A stretch of 64,000 nt of DNA from an uncultured Nitrospiraceae bacterium (GTDB lineage Bacteria; Nitrospirota; Thermodesulfovibrionia; Thermodesulfovibrionales; Dissulfurispiraceae): NCBI GenBank assembly GCA_963705105.1, contig CAVPIW010000007.1, positions 1 through 64,000 of the forward strand. Direction: 5' to 3'. Positions 21,873 through 34,925 of the stretch are shown here, one piece after another. The notes below the pieces were generated by a model. The model was not told the DNA's origin. It did no database searches and was given only the letters and a program-made list of their open reading frames with translations. A program made the translations under genes and the position numbers. How positions within the stretch are numbered: the stretch's first letter is position 1; the number at the start of each line of letters is the position of its first letter.

Positions 21873-24760
21873 CACGGTCTCCTTTCCTTGCGTCCGTCGC
21901 CGGGCGCATCGGGCCCGCCCTCTGCCACCGCCGCCGCGGGCGCCGAGGTTCGGGCGACCAGTGCTTCCCACTCCCGCCTGAGACCCGCCTGCAGCCGGTC
22001 TTGGTCGCCGTCCTTCCAGGCGGCGAGCGCGTGTTCGAAGCTGCGGCGCGCCTGTGCCGGGTCGCCGAGCCTCACCAGCATCCGGGCCGCACCCACGTGC
22101 GCCAACACCCAGTCGGCGGGAAACCCGTAGCGCAGAATCTCGCCGCGCGCGCCGACGACCCGCTGCCATTCCGCGAGTGCCCCGCGCCAGTCTCCCCGGG
22201 ATTCGAGCCACTGGGCGAGTCCCAGGTGCGAGAGGTAGTTGGGGAACGCCGCGGCCGCCTCGCGATACAGCTCGGCCGTCGCCTGGTGTCCCGCGGTCGC
22301 GGCAATCCCCGCCTCGAGCAGCAGCACGCGGCTCCGGCCGAAGGCGCCCGGGCGCTCCGGCACCGCCCTTTGCACCCGCTCCAGCGTCCGGCGTGCGGCG
22401 GCGACGTTGCCGGCCAGCAGTTGCAGGTGCCCGGCGTTGTGCAGTTCCTCTACGCTCGGCTCTCCGCCGCCGGTCGTCAACTCCCGCCCTTCGCGGAGGG
22501 CTCCGGCGCGGTCGCCGTCGAGCAGCGCCAGGCGACCCAGCAGGTAGCGCCGATGGCGTTCGGGGTACGCGCGGCCCGCCAGGCGATCGGCACGCGCCGC
22601 ACGAGCGAGCTCGTCACGGGCTTCCCGCCGGTGACCCTCCAGGATGGCGAGTCTCGCGAGGTACAGCCCGCCGATCGATCGGTACGACTCCTCCGCTCCG
22701 TGGGCCAGGTTCTCGAGCTCACGCCGCGCCTCACCGGCTGCGCCCTTGCCCATGAGCGCCATGGCACGCCCCCAGCGCAGTTGCGGCGTGTCGAAGCCAC
22801 GGGCCGTCAGCTGGTCGAACGTGGCAAGCGCCTCGTCGTTCTCGCCGACCTCCGCAAGCAGGTGGACCAGCCCGGCGGCCGCTTCCGAGGCGTGCGGGTC
22901 GAGCGCCAGCGCCTGCCGGAGCTGCTCGATCGCATCCCGAAGCCGGCCGACATCCCTGAGCCCGAACGCGAAGTCGCTGCGTGCGACGGGGTCGTCGGCG
23001 AAGAGGCCCACCAGCGTCTGCAGGCTCTCGACGGCCCGGTCGTAGTCCTCGCGCGACGAGTGGTACGCGCCCTCGATCGTCAGGCGTTCGCGGTCGGTGA
23101 GTTTGGCGCGCAGGGCGTAGGCCCGTTCGCGGTGCGCGCGTTCCTGGCCGGGTTCGCCCATCCGGTTGTAGACCTCCGCCAGTTGCTGGTGCACCATCGC
23201 GAAGTCGGGGTCGAGTTCGGCCGCAGCCAGCAGCGAGGCCTTCGCCTCGGCGACCCGGCCGCGGGCCAGCTGGTCCACGGCCCGGGAGTACCGCTCGAGC
23301 GCCGCCGTGGAACGTGTCGTGACCTGCGCGAGCGGCAGGCTCGCGTCGACCTGCGCGCTGGATTCTCCGAGTTCCCGCCTCACGCGGTTCGACAGCGCAT
23401 CGACCTTCCGGACCGCGTCCTCGGGGCGCGAGGCCGTTTCGCGGACCGTGAACAGCAGCCGGCCGTCGTGCGACAGCGCCCGCACGGTGATGTGCGTGCC
23501 CCCCTGCTCGGCCGCCACCCGGCCCGACAACAGGACCTGCGCTCGCTCGCGGCGGCAGAGGTCCAGCCCCGTGGCCTCGTCGATCGCGGCCTCGGGTGGG
23601 CGTTCCATGCGATGCAGCGCCTCGATGACGCGCTGACGCGGCAGGACGTTGAGGAACCGGGACTGTTCGAGGGCGATCGTGAGGGCTTCGCGCAACGCGT
23701 CGCACGTCTCGGCGCCCTGCGTGCAGCCGCCGAAGTCGCTGATCACGACCCACCCCCGTGGCGTGAAGTCCCGGGCGGCGCGTGCGGGCATTCCCGCTCC
23801 CCCCAGCCACGCCGCCACGCCGAAGGCGACCAGCCCCACGCACGCCACCACCGCCGCCGCTGCCTTCCTGGCGCGGCCGCCTGCCGCCGCCTCTGCGGTC
23901 TGGCGCGGCGAGAGTCGTTCGAGATCGAGCGCCAGCTCGGCGGCACTCTGGTGCCTGCGATCGGGGTCCTTGTCGAGCGCCTTCAGGATGACGCGCTCGA
24001 ACTCCGCGGACACCTGAGGGTTGAGGGCACGCGGCGAAGCGGGCTCGACCGCCAGGATGTTGTGAGTGAGGGCGATCAGGTCGTCGCCGCTGAATGGGGG
24101 CGCCCCCGTCGCCATCTCGTAGAGCACCGCGCCCGCACCGTAGATGTCGCCGCGCACCTCGGCGGGCGCGCCACGAATCCGTTCCGGCGACATGTAACGC
24201 GGCGTCCCGGGGCGCTCGCCGACGGCCTCGGTCGCGAGGCAGGTCGGGTCGTCGTGGGCGATGCCCAGCAGCGACTGCGCCAGCCCGAAGTCCAGGATCT
24301 TGAGCCGGCGATCGGGGGTGACGCGCAGGTTGCCGGGCTTCAGGTCCCGGTGGACGATGCCCTGCTCGTGGATGGCCGACAGGCCACGGGCCATCTGGGT
24401 GCCGAGACGCACCGCGTCACGCTCGGGCATCGGCCCTTCGCGCAGTTGCTCGGCGAGCGTCCGGCCCGGGACGTACTCGGCCACCAGCACGTCGAGGCCG
24501 TCGTGCCAATCGAAGTCGTGGATGGTCTCGACGTTGGGGTGATTGAGCTTCGAGAGCGCCAGCGCCTCTCCTCGGAAGCTGGCGCGGACGCGGTCGTTGG
24601 CGAGCAGGGCGGGCCTGATGACCTTGACGGCAACGGTGCGGTCGAGCCGTTGGTCGTGGGCGCGGTACACGACGCCCATCCCCCCGGCCCCGATCACCTC
24701 GGTGAGACGGTAGTGCCCAAGCGTGCGGCCGACCAGCCCCTCGCTGTCCGCCGTCATCAT
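21872..24760 (-). CDS. Membrane Ser/Thr protein kinase with C-terminal TPR repeats
   Basis: IGAGGMGVVY, VAVK, HRDLKPGN, DFG, GTPRYMSPE, DIYGAG; TM segment, then TPR arrays. Confidence 0.95.
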   Translation of the reverse strand: MMTADSEGLVGRTLGHYRLTEVIGAGGMGVVYRAHDQRLDRTVAVKVIRPALLANDRVRASFRGEALALSKLNHPNVETIHDFDWHDGLDVLVAEYVPGRTLAEQLREGPMPERDAVRLGTQMARGLSAIHEQGIVHRDLKPGNLRVTPDRRLKILDFGLAQSLLGIAHDDPTCLATEAVGERPGTPRYMSPERIRGAPAEVRGDIYGAGAVLYEMATGAPPFSGDDLIALTHNILAVEPASPRALNPQVSAEFERVILKALDKDPDRRHQSAAELALDLERLSPRQTAEAAAGGRARKAAAAVVACVGLVAFGVAAWLGGAGMPARAARDFTPRGWVVISDFGGCTQGAETCDALREALTIALEQSRFLNVLPRQRVIEALHRMERPPEAAIDEATGLDLCRRERAQVLLSGRVAAEQGGTHITVRALSHDGRLLFTVRETASRPEDAVRKVDALSNRVRRELGESSAQVDASLPLAQVTTRSTAALERYSRAVDQLARGRVAEAKASLLAAAELDPDFAMVHQQLAEVYNRMGEPGQERAHRERAYALRAKLTDRERLTIEGAYHSSREDYDRAVESLQTLVGLFADDPVARSDFAFGLRDVGRLRDAIEQLRQALALDPHASEAAAGLVHLLAEVGENDEALATFDQLTARGFDTPQLRWGRAMALMGKGAAGEARRELENLAHGAEESYRSIGGLYLARLAILEGHRREARDELARAARADRLAGRAYPERHRRYLLGRLALLDGDRAGALREGRELTTGGGEPSVEELHNAGHLQLLAGNVAAARRTLERVQRAVPERPGAFGRSRVLLLEAGIAATAGHQATAELYREAAAAFPNYLSHLGLAQWLESRGDWRGALAEWQRVVGARGEILRYGFPADWVLAHVGAARMLVRLGDPAQARRSFEHALAAWKDGDQDRLQAGLRREWEALVARTSAPAAAVAEGGPDAPGDGRKERRP

Positions 24761-25066
24761 GCCGAGCCTCCCGCACCGCTGGGATGGGCTACCAACGCCG
24801 AGGCCACGCGGCGGCGCCCGTGCGGCCACGGCTGGCGCGCACGACGGGATCCGTGCAATGGCTGTCAGGGCGGATTATAGCGCCGGCGGGTCCCGGGCGC
24901 CCGACGGGTCTGCTTGCGACGGGTCTGTCAGCGGGCCTGGCGACGGGCGGCCAGGTGCTCTGTCGGGTGCGACAAGTCGACGACGCCGCCAAGACGTGCT
25001 CGTGAACTACGCCGCCCAGACGAACTCGAGACTACCGGGATATCAAGGGCGAAGCCCCTGGCTGAT

Positions 25067-25310
25067 CTAGCGGGTGAATCGCAGCACGCCGCGCGCGGAC
25101 GAGAGCTCGAGGGTGCTCCCCGAGAGCAGCACGGTGCTCTCTCCACTCAGGAGGGTCGTGTACTCGTTTTCGAAGGCCATCGTCGGGCAGAGACTCTGCT
25201 CAGCCGCTCAGCCGTGGAACTGCGGACGTCATGCGGCGAGCCCGCGCGGCACGCGCGCGGCGTATTCCGGCGCGCGAACTCGTCAACCGAGACCGCGTGT
25301 CACACGGCCA
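25067..25310 (-). pseudogene. C-terminal remnant of a META/HslJ-like protein
   Basis: CPTMAFENEYTTLLSGESTVLLSGSTLELSSARGVLRFTR* read manually; upstream part broken. Confidence 0.45.
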
Positions 25311-25650
25311 GCCCCCAGCGCCGTCTACGGCGAACCAGCATCTTGCACCGCCCACCCAATGGCTGGCTGGACGGACATGTCCGCGCTCTGGCCAGAGCCC
25401 GCAAGGCCCGCGATGAACTCCATCGGGTACTTCGTCCAACCAAGTCCCACACGCTGATCGGGTTCGCCGTCTGGGAGCGCCGTGGCGGCACGAGGCGCAA
25501 CGTCACGTTCCCGGCGCGCGAGCACCTTCAACAGACACGGCGGCGGTGAGCGCGGCACCCACTGCCTCAGGGCCCGCGTCCTTGCCTGCGGCTCAGGGGC
25601 CATCCACCCCTGGTCCGAGAGTCGCCAGGTCACCTCGAGCGAAGGGGTCC

Positions 25651-25995
25651 TCAGGCTTCGATGCTCCGGGTCTTGATGTCTGCGCCACCAGCTTTGATAG
25701 CGACCTTGACCGCATCTTCCATCGGGTCTTTGAAGGGCACCTCGATTCGGAGCAGGCCGTGCTCGTAGATCGCCTCGGCCTTGTCAGGTTTCACCGACCA
25801 AGCGAGAGCCAGTGCTGAGACATACTCGATGTCCCTTGCTGGCGCAGTCAGGTGGACGCTGTCGGGCAGGAGCTTCAGATCGATGGTATCTGTGGGGGCT
25901 CCTGGGATGGCGAACTCCACGACGAGCTTGTTGTTCTCCCCGTCGGCATACGCGACGGTGTTGGGCGCAACCCTAATCCGGTTCTCCTGCATCAT
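25651..25995 (-). CDS. Hsp20/alpha-crystallin small heat-shock protein
   Basis: VEFAIPGAPTDTIDL...AEAIYEHGLLRIEVP; AAGGAGG RBS. Confidence 0.88.
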   Translation of the reverse strand: MMQENRIRVAPNTVAYADGENNKLVVEFAIPGAPTDTIDLKLLPDSVHLTAPARDIEYVSALALAWSVKPDKAEAIYEHGLLRIEVPFKDPMEDAVKVAIKAGGADIKTRSIEA

Positions 25996-26488
25996 GGCAA
26001 CCTCCTTCTTGGTTGTCTCTAGAGCGTCGCTCTTCGGCCCGGCGGCGCGAGTTGGCCACGTGCTTCGCGCCCTCCCGCATCCGACCAAGGCCCGCCCCTG
26101 CGGCAACGAGCCGTCACTCCTGGCACTGCAGACCAAAGGCTACAGCGCAGCTCCGATGGCCGCTGTCCTCTTTGGAACACGTTGGTAAACGACGCGAGCG
26201 GCCCGGCAGGGACCGACGCGCCGGCCGGCTCACTGGGCCTACGCCGCGGTCTCTCGATCGACCATCGCCTGGATCTCGAGTTCGGGCTTCACGTCAGGCT
26301 CTCGTCAACCCCGAAACCCCTTCTCCCGGGGACACCATCTCCTTCGCGCCCATCGCCGACGACGTCCCGGTAAGTGCTGCGGTCCTGGTGGCCCTGCATC
26401 TGAACCTGGTCGCCGCCGCCGACCTGCGGCGCCAGCGCGGCCGGCCATCTCGGATCACAACGCGGCTCGTTCTTCCAGCGACTTCGTG

Positions 26489-29400
26489 TCAAGGTGTCTG
26501 GACTCGTGGCCTGCAATCCATGTCTCCTGGTCCTGGGACCGCGGGCAGACCCGCACGTCGCCGCGTCCACTGTTCAAGGTCGAGCACCAGCAGCGTGTCA
26601 TCTGCCTCGCTGAAACCGAGCCTTCGGCACAGCGCGTCGTCGACCAGGCCATCCTTCACCGGGCTCTGCCAACGCTGTTCGCGGAAGCCGATTTTCCGGT
26701 ACTGCTCTACGAACACCCGCCGATCGTCGCAGCGCCACCTGGTGACGCGCCCCCTTGGGAGGCCTCTTCACGACGACATGACACCACGTCGCCCCATTGC
26801 TGAGTTCCACGAGGAGGTTGTCGAGGAAGTACCAGCCGATGCCAGCGCCCCAGAGGCTGGGCGGCACGAAGAAGTCGTCGCTGGTCCACCCCACGTGCGT
26901 GCCGTGCCGCGTGACGGCCACGATGCTGACCTGCATGGGCACGAGTGCACCGTCGGGCCCCGGGAGGTCGAGCACGTTCTGGTAGAGCGTCCTGGCGAAC
27001 GGCGGGTCGTCGTAGGTGTCCCAATTGGCGGGCTGGGCAGAGCGTTGCTTCCACCAGATCGCCGCCAGGCCCGAAGCCTCCGGGTTGGCCAGTCTCTCGA
27101 CGCGCCCCTGTTGCGGAATCGCGACCGAGGTGCCCGCCTCCGCGCCACGGTGAGGCGCGGGGAACCGTTCCTGAATGAAGCGAAGGAATCCCGGGCTGAA
27201 CATCGGTGACAGCAGGGGCCACCAGAAGCGGAACGGTGCCGAGGTCGCCCAGCGTGCGAACAGGTTGATCCAGCCGAGGTTGAGTGGGTGGGTCCACCAC
27301 TGGTCCAGCTGGCACGTGAGCCACACGTCCTCCATCAACTGCGTGACACGGAGCAGCAACGCGAGCTCACACGCCATGCGGGTCCCGGCGTCGATGGACG
27401 TGGAGGGGAGGCGGTCTGTGGGCGGCCCCAGCCGGCTGCGCGGCGCACGCGTCGCGCACGTCGGCCGGCACATGCTCCATCTCCGGGAACACCTCCCTCG
27501 AGGAGCCCGCTCGCCGGCCGCTGATGCAATCTCGGCCTCCAGGGCCCCGAAGCGCTGGTTCATCTCGAGCACGCGGTCTGCGAGGCCCGGCGGGGTGGGG
27601 CTCCAGTGGTGGCTGGCTTCAGCGAACACCCAATCGGCCGTGCCCGCGCGGGGGGTGCCGTCCTCGTGCGCAGTGAACTGGAAGGCAGACTCGGCGGCAT
27701 GCAGACCCAGCCGCCGGTATGACTCCCACTGCGCTTCGTCGTAGAACTGGTCGCCGGTCCCTTCGTGCGGGAAGGCCGTGTTGCGGGTCTTGTACCTGCA
27801 ACACGTCCGGCGGTTCGTCGCCGGTGATCGACGGCTTCACATACAGCAGAATCCCGCGGTCGGTCGGCGAGTAGTGAATCGTGCCGACGGCGACGTGCTG
27901 CCGGGACCGGCCATCGGGGCCCGGACGCAGCGGCGACACGTCGAGGGAGATCTCCACGCCGAAGTCCTCGCGAATCCGCCGCAGCGCATTGCCCAGATCG
28001 TCGAAGGCCACCGTCGGGTCCGCGCCGCAGTCCGACACCAGCACGTAGCGGCAATGGCGGCGAATCAGCTCGTACAGCGCCAGATTCTCGAAGTGCGCGC
28101 CGTCGGACAGATGCACGTCGCGAAGGTAGGTGGACGGCATCGCCGCCGGGCGGGATACGGCCCGACGCCGACGTGAGCGCGAACATCTCGCGATAGAAGA
28201 GCAGACCCGGCCACCGGCGCGGCTCGGCCGCAGGCGCAGCCGGATGGCGCAGCCAGAGCCCGAGTCGCAGGTTGAGCATCGTCATCAGGAAGGACACCGC
28301 CGGGCCGACGCGCGCCGAGATGTGTCCCATGTTGGAGTTGAACGCGGCGGCAGACGCCGTGATGGCCGATCCGAGGCGCGGCACGCTGATCGGCGTCCAC
28401 TGGTGGAAATGGCGGCCGAGCGAGAACCCGTGTTTCGACAGCACGACGCTTCTCGCGCCGCGCCCGAGCGTCTCCACCTGATCGCCGCTGAGGTCGTTGG
28501 CCGCGCAGCACACCAGATGGAGCGGGCCGGCCGGCCAATTCGGTCATCAGGCGGTCGTCTCCGTCCTGCGGTTCGGTGCCGCGGTTGTCGCCGGCGTGCT
28601 TGCCCCTCAGCCAGGTTGCACGCACCGGCGTACGCGCGGCTGATGCGGTCGCGATAGAACGCGTGCAGGCCAAACTCATCGGGCTTGATGAACAGCGCCA
28701 GGACGAGGAGCCCGATCATCACGGCCGCCGCCGTCCACCATCGCAGCCAGTCGTCCCCTCCGAGCCTGATGAGCAGGCCACCCATGACGACCGCGGTCAG
28801 CGAGATCGTGAGGTAGGCCAGCACCTGCGGCAGGTACGGCTTCAGGCGGTCCACGATGCCGGCCTCGGCCGGGCGGCGCAGCGCAACACCAAGCCAGTTG
28901 CGCAGTGCCGCGAAGGCGCCCGCGGACACGACCGCCGCGCTCGCCGCGGCGATGAGGCCGGGCAGATTGACCGAGACGTGCCACAGCGCGGCACTGCCGC
29001 GACCAGGACACGCCGAGGGCCAGCACCCGCATGAGGACACGGTCGAACGCGGCGAGGGTCTCGCGCGTCCAGGACCACGGCCAGACCGAATACGCCAGCC
29101 GCGCCAGCACGAGCAGGAACGCGGCTGCCAGCCACACCAGCCCGAAGTCGAACAGACGCGGGCTGAAGATCCAGGCGGGCCCAGAGTCCGAAATGCCGGC
29201 CACGGCCCACCATCGCACCAGGCCGCTCTCGCCGGGTGCCTGCTGCCAGGCGCCACCCCGAAAGACAGGCCAGGGGCATCCGAAGCGCGTCGAGTATGCG
29301 AGGGGCAGTCACCAACTGGATCGCGGCGACCAGGCCGAGACCGGCCAGGCTCACCAGCCGATAACGCGAGCGGCCGCGTGCGGCCGCCTCCGCGTCGGAG

Positions 29401-29665
29401 CGCGTTGGAGTGGCCGGGCCGTGACCCGCACTCTCCCTCTTGAACTCCTGCCAGATGCGTTCGCAGAGGTAGAGGGTGACGGCCGTGACAAGGACGATGA
29501 CCGGCACGGGCGCGAGGTCCGACTGACTCGCGAGCGCGATAGGTCAGCGACCAGCCAGCCCATGATCGCGACGCCAGTCACGGACAGGCCGATCAGCAAC
29601 GCCGGCAGGAGTCCGGCCAGCATCGCCACGATGGCCGTCCACGTCTCCACTTCGAAGAAGCCCCA
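26489..29665 (-). pseudogene. Large membrane patatin/cPLA2-like phospholipase with a C-terminal GNAT-like domain; frameshifted and 5'-truncated
   Basis: LHAFYRDRISRAY, SAAAFNSNMG, LNLRLGLW, VHLSDGAHFENLALYELIRR, FPHEGTGDQFYDEAQWESYRRLG; FVPPSLWGAGIG and YRKIGF near the end. Confidence 0.8.
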
Positions 29666-29672
29666 TAAGGGT
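29660..29672. other. Abrupt junction between two unrelated genomes
   Basis: hemG stops mid-gene (ASGIYAGDP) and the patatin gene begins mid-gene (WGFFEVETW); composition and frameshift density change here. Confidence 0.85.
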
Positions 29673-30156
29673 CTCCCGCGTAGATGCCCGAGGCCATGGG
29701 ATCGATGAACATCTCGAAGACCTCCCTGCCGAGGCGTCTGACAGCGAAGGACTCGAGCGTCTCGTCGTCACCCTGCCCTTTCGGGGCGAAGAGCTCTCCG
29801 ATGATCCTGAGTTTGCCGGGAAGACTGAGCAGTTTCGATTTCAGAAAGGCCGGCGGCGATTCGGGGAGTTTGTGCAGCCTTGCCCCGGCGTAGATAAACC
29901 TCCGCCTTGCGTTGTCATTGCTCCGCAGCGGCGGAAGAGAGAGTTTGGCGGCTACCTCGAGGGTCTTCGGCCTGTTGTCCAGAAACCCGTTCACACCCCG
30001 TTCACAGAGGAAACCATCGGCCCGCTCGGTCCAGATCTTTCCGCCGGCCCGGTCGCCCTCCTCGAGGATCATGACATCGAGGCCGCGGTCCCTTTCCAGC
30101 ATCTCATACGCGAGGGACAGGCCCGAAATGCCCCCTCCGACGATGGTTATTCTCAC
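29668..30156 (-). pseudogene. hemG: Protoporphyrinogen/coproporphyrinogen oxidase (HemY/HemG/CgoX), N-terminal third only
   Basis: IVGGGISGLSLAY, RAGGKIWT, DETLESFAVRRLG...IDPMASGIYAGDP; cut at the junction. Confidence 0.9.
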
Positions 30157-31121
30157 AGCCACCCTGCCTTCATCACACCCGTCTTAACGATGTCCGTAAG
30201 GGCCTCGATGAAAGTCGGCGACGTGTTGAGGGATGCGGATCTCTTGAGGGTCATGCCCATGCCCTCGGCCATGTCACGGTAGAGGATATCGATCTCATAG
30301 AGGGTTTCGATATGGTCGGAGACGAAGCTGATCGGCACGACGAGTATGTTCTTCACGCCTTTTTTCGAGAGGTCATGGAGCATCTGCTCCGTCGAGGGTT
30401 CGAGCCATGCCACGGGTCCGCTTTTGCTCTGGTAGGACAGGTACCATTCCACCTCCATCTGCGCTGCAATCCTGTCTATGGTCCCCTTCGTTTCCTTTTC
30501 ATACGGGTCACCCTCGTCGATGAACTTCTTCGGCAGGCTGTGGGCGCTGAAGAGGACGACGGGCCTCTCCGGAAAAAGCCTCATGCCCTCTTCGATCTTT
30601 TCGACGAGTGATTCGATATAGAGGGGGTGGTCATACCAGGAATCCCTCCGCGCGACCTCGACGGGCAGCCCTTTGACGCTCTCGCCGAAGGCCCTGACGG
30701 ACGACCCCGTCGTGGCGACGGAGTACTGCGGGTAGAGGCTGAGCGCGAAGACCCTGCGGATGCCGTCGCGGTGCATGTTCGCCACGGTGTCGTGAATAAA
30801 GGGATGCCAGTACCGCATGCCCACGGTGACCTTGAAGAGCGGCGGCGTCCCCTGGAGGACCGACGGCGCGTTCAGCGACTGCTCAAGGGCGACGGCCTGG
30901 GCTTCCGTTATCTCCCTGATGGGGGACTTCCCGCCGATGAGGTCGTAACAGGCGATCGTCTTCTTCGACCGCGTCGCGGCGATGAGCGACGCGATCGGTT
31001 TCTGGAGGAATGCGGGGCCGAGCCTGATGATCTCCCGGTCTGAGAAAAGGTTATAAAGAAAGGGCTTCACGGCGGATTGCGAATCGGGACCGCCGAGATT
31101 CAGGAGAATGACGCCGATCAT
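30153..31121 (-). CDS. hemH: Ferrochelatase
   Basis: LLNLGGP, GMRYWHP, LYPQYS, FSAHSLP, FVSDHIETLYEID. Confidence 0.97.
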   Translation of the reverse strand: MIGVILLNLGGPDSQSAVKPFLYNLFSDREIIRLGPAFLQKPIASLIAATRSKKTIACYDLIGGKSPIREITEAQAVALEQSLNAPSVLQGTPPLFKVTVGMRYWHPFIHDTVANMHRDGIRRVFALSLYPQYSVATTGSSVRAFGESVKGLPVEVARRDSWYDHPLYIESLVEKIEEGMRLFPERPVVLFSAHSLPKKFIDEGDPYEKETKGTIDRIAAQMEVEWYLSYQSKSGPVAWLEPSTEQMLHDLSKKGVKNILVVPISFVSDHIETLYEIDILYRDMAEGMGMTLKRSASLNTSPTFIEALTDIVKTGVMKAGWL

Positions 31122-31702
31122 GATGACCCCCATCGCCTGAACAGGAAGTGTTCGACTCCGACGCTGTCCAGGATCTTGCCGGCGACAAAGTCGATGATAT
31201 CATCAAGGCTCTCGGGCCTGTGGTAGAAGGCCGGGATGGGCGGGGCGATGGTGACGCCGAGCCGGGAGAGCCTGAGCATATTTTCGAGGTGGATGGCGCT
31301 CAGGGGCATCTCGCGGGGGGCGAGGAGGAGCCGCCTGCCCTCCTTGATGGTGACGTCCGCGGCGCGCTCGATGAGGTTGTTGGCATAGCCGTGGGAGACT
31401 GCGGCAAGGGTCTTCATCGAGCAAGGGACGACGAGCATGCCCTCGGTGAGGAAAGACCCGCTCGCTACGGGCGCTTCCATGCGGCGGTCTTCGTGAAAGA
31501 AGAGCCTGTCCGTCCCGAAGTGTCTCCTGACGGCGCCCTCCGTGTCTGCCGACCAGTCGATGCCTGTCTCATCGTGTATGATGGGGAAGGTGTTGGAGGA
31601 GATGACGAGGTGGACCTCGCTGTTCTTCAGGAGCTCCCCGAGCACCCTGATGCCGAAGACGGAGCCGCTCGCGCCGGTGATGGCAAGGATGTATCGTTTC
31701 AT
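31118..31702 (-). CDS. ubiX: Flavin prenyltransferase
   Basis: ITGASG, ASGS, PCSMKTL, RAADVTIKE, PREMP, PAFY. Confidence 0.96.
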   Translation of the reverse strand: MKRYILAITGASGSVFGIRVLGELLKNSEVHLVISSNTFPIIHDETGIDWSADTEGAVRRHFGTDRLFFHEDRRMEAPVASGSFLTEGMLVVPCSMKTLAAVSHGYANNLIERAADVTIKEGRRLLLAPREMPLSAIHLENMLRLSRLGVTIAPPIPAFYHRPESLDDIIDFVAGKILDSVGVEHFLFRRWGSS

Positions 31703-31734
31703 CTATTCATTATAAACGATTCAGGCATGTGTGA

Positions 31735-33306
<1,572 letters not shown>

Positions 33307-33349
33307 CCGCCCTGCACCCTGAGCAGCGACCGGACAACAGGCGATTGCC

Positions 33350-34891
33350 ATGACCCATCCTGAAAAGATACTCGTTCTGGACTTCGGCTCCCAGTACACC
33401 CAGCTCATCGCCCGCAGGGTGAGGGAAAGCAAGGTCTATTCGGAGATTTACCCCTTCAACGCCCCGATCGCCAAAATCAGGGACTTCAGCCCCAAGGGCA
33501 TCATCCTATCCGGCGGCCCGTCGAGCGTCTACGAGGAAGGAGCACCGGCGCCGGACCCCGCCATTTTCGACCTCGGCATACCCGTCCTCGGCATCTGCTA
33601 CGGCATGCAGCTCATGGCCCATTACCTCGGCGGCGAGGTTGCCCGGGCTGCGAAAAGGGAGTACGGCAGGGCGGAGCTGTCCGTCGATTCCGATGCCGAT
33701 CTCCTCTGGGGCCTATCGCAGAGGACACGCGTCTGGATGAGCCACGGAGACAGGATCGAGAGACTCCCCGAGGGGTTCACGGTCATCGGCCACACGGACA
33801 ACTCGCCCATAGCGGCCATTGCCCGCAGGGACAGGAAGTTTTTCGCACTCCAGTTTCACCCCGAAGTGATCCACACCGACGAGGGGACGCGCATCCTGCA
33901 CAACTTTATCTTCGACATCTGCGGCTGCGAGGCGACATGGGAGATGTCGTCCTTCATCGCATCGTCCCTCTCGGACATTCAATCCGCCGTGGGAGACAGG
34001 AAAGTGATCTGCGCGCTGAGCGGAGGTGTCGATTCCTCCGTCGTCGCGGTCCTCGTCCACAAGGCCATCGGTGACCGCCTTACCTGCATCTTCGTCGACA
34101 ACGGGCTGCTCCGCCTCGGAGAGTCCGACAAGGTGAGAAAGACCTTTCAGGAACATTTCCACGTCCATCTCATCCACGTCGATGCTCGGGACAGGTTTCT
34201 CACCCGATTGGAGGGTGTGACCGATCCGGAGCAGAAGAGGAAGATCATCGGCAACGAATTCATCGCCGTCTTCGAGGAGGAGGCGCGGAAGATCAAGGGA
34301 GTGGACTTTCTGGCCCAGGGCACCCTCTATCCCGACGTCATCGAGAGCGTATCCTTCAAAGGCCCCTCGGCCGTCATCAAGAGTCACCACAATGTGGGAG
34401 GACTGCCGGAGGTGATGAAGCTCCGCCTTGTCGAACCGCTGCGGGAGCTCTTCAAAGACGAAGTGCGGATCCTCGGCGAAGAACTGGGGCTCCCCGAAGA
34501 GATCTGCTGGAGACATCCCTTCCCGGGGCCGGGACTCGCCATCCGGTGCATCGGTGACATCACTGCGGAGAAGCTCGACATCCTCCGTTTGGCCGATGCC
34601 ATCGTGCTCGAGGAGATCAAGGCCGCCGGCCTGTACCGGTCCGTCTGGCAGGCCTTTGCCGTTCTGCTTCCCGTCAGGACCGTCGGCGTCATGGGCGACG
34701 AGAGGACCTATGAGCGGGCCGTGGCCGTCCGGGCCGTCACGAGCCAGGACGGGATGACGGCGGACTGGGCGAAACTGCCCTATGATGTCCTCGGGAGTAT
34801 GTCCAACAGGATTATCAACGAGGTGAAGGGCGTCAACAGGGTTGTCTTCGACATCAGCTCGAAGCCGCCGGGGACGATCGAGTGGGAGTAG
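33350..34891 (+). CDS. guaA: GMP synthase (glutamine-hydrolysing)
   Basis: [46 protein letters not shown]. Confidence 0.98.
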   Translation: MTHPEKILVLDFGSQYTQLIARRVRESKVYSEIYPFNAPIAKIRDFSPKGIILSGGPSSVYEEGAPAPDPAIFDLGIPVLGICYGMQLMAHYLGGEVARAAKREYGRAELSVDSDADLLWGLSQRTRVWMSHGDRIERLPEGFTVIGHTDNSPIAAIARRDRKFFALQFHPEVIHTDEGTRILHNFIFDICGCEATWEMSSFIASSLSDIQSAVGDRKVICALSGGVDSSVVAVLVHKAIGDRLTCIFVDNGLLRLGESDKVRKTFQEHFHVHLIHVDARDRFLTRLEGVTDPEQKRKIIGNEFIAVFEEEARKIKGVDFLAQGTLYPDVIESVSFKGPSAVIKSHHNVGGLPEVMKLRLVEPLRELFKDEVRILGEELGLPEEICWRHPFPGPGLAIRCIGDITAEKLDILRLADAIVLEEIKAAGLYRSVWQAFAVLLPVRTVGVMGDERTYERAVAVRAVTSQDGMTADWAKLPYDVLGSMSNRIINEVKGVNRVVFDISSKPPGTIEWE

Positions 34892-34925
34892 CGGCATCCC
34901 TTCGTGACGGCGCTCCCGGAGGAAA

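Noticed and set aside
21863..24880. 1005-aa plus-strand ORF (also 15459-17831, 17952-19505, 41733-43883, 31867-33432)
   Set aside because: Antisense or off-frame shadows of well-supported genes in GC-rich DNA, with no recognisable motifs.
29593..30162. Novel short 189-aa flavoprotein or a hemG-patatin fusion
   Set aside because: The C-terminal residues come from out-of-frame sequence across the chimeric junction.
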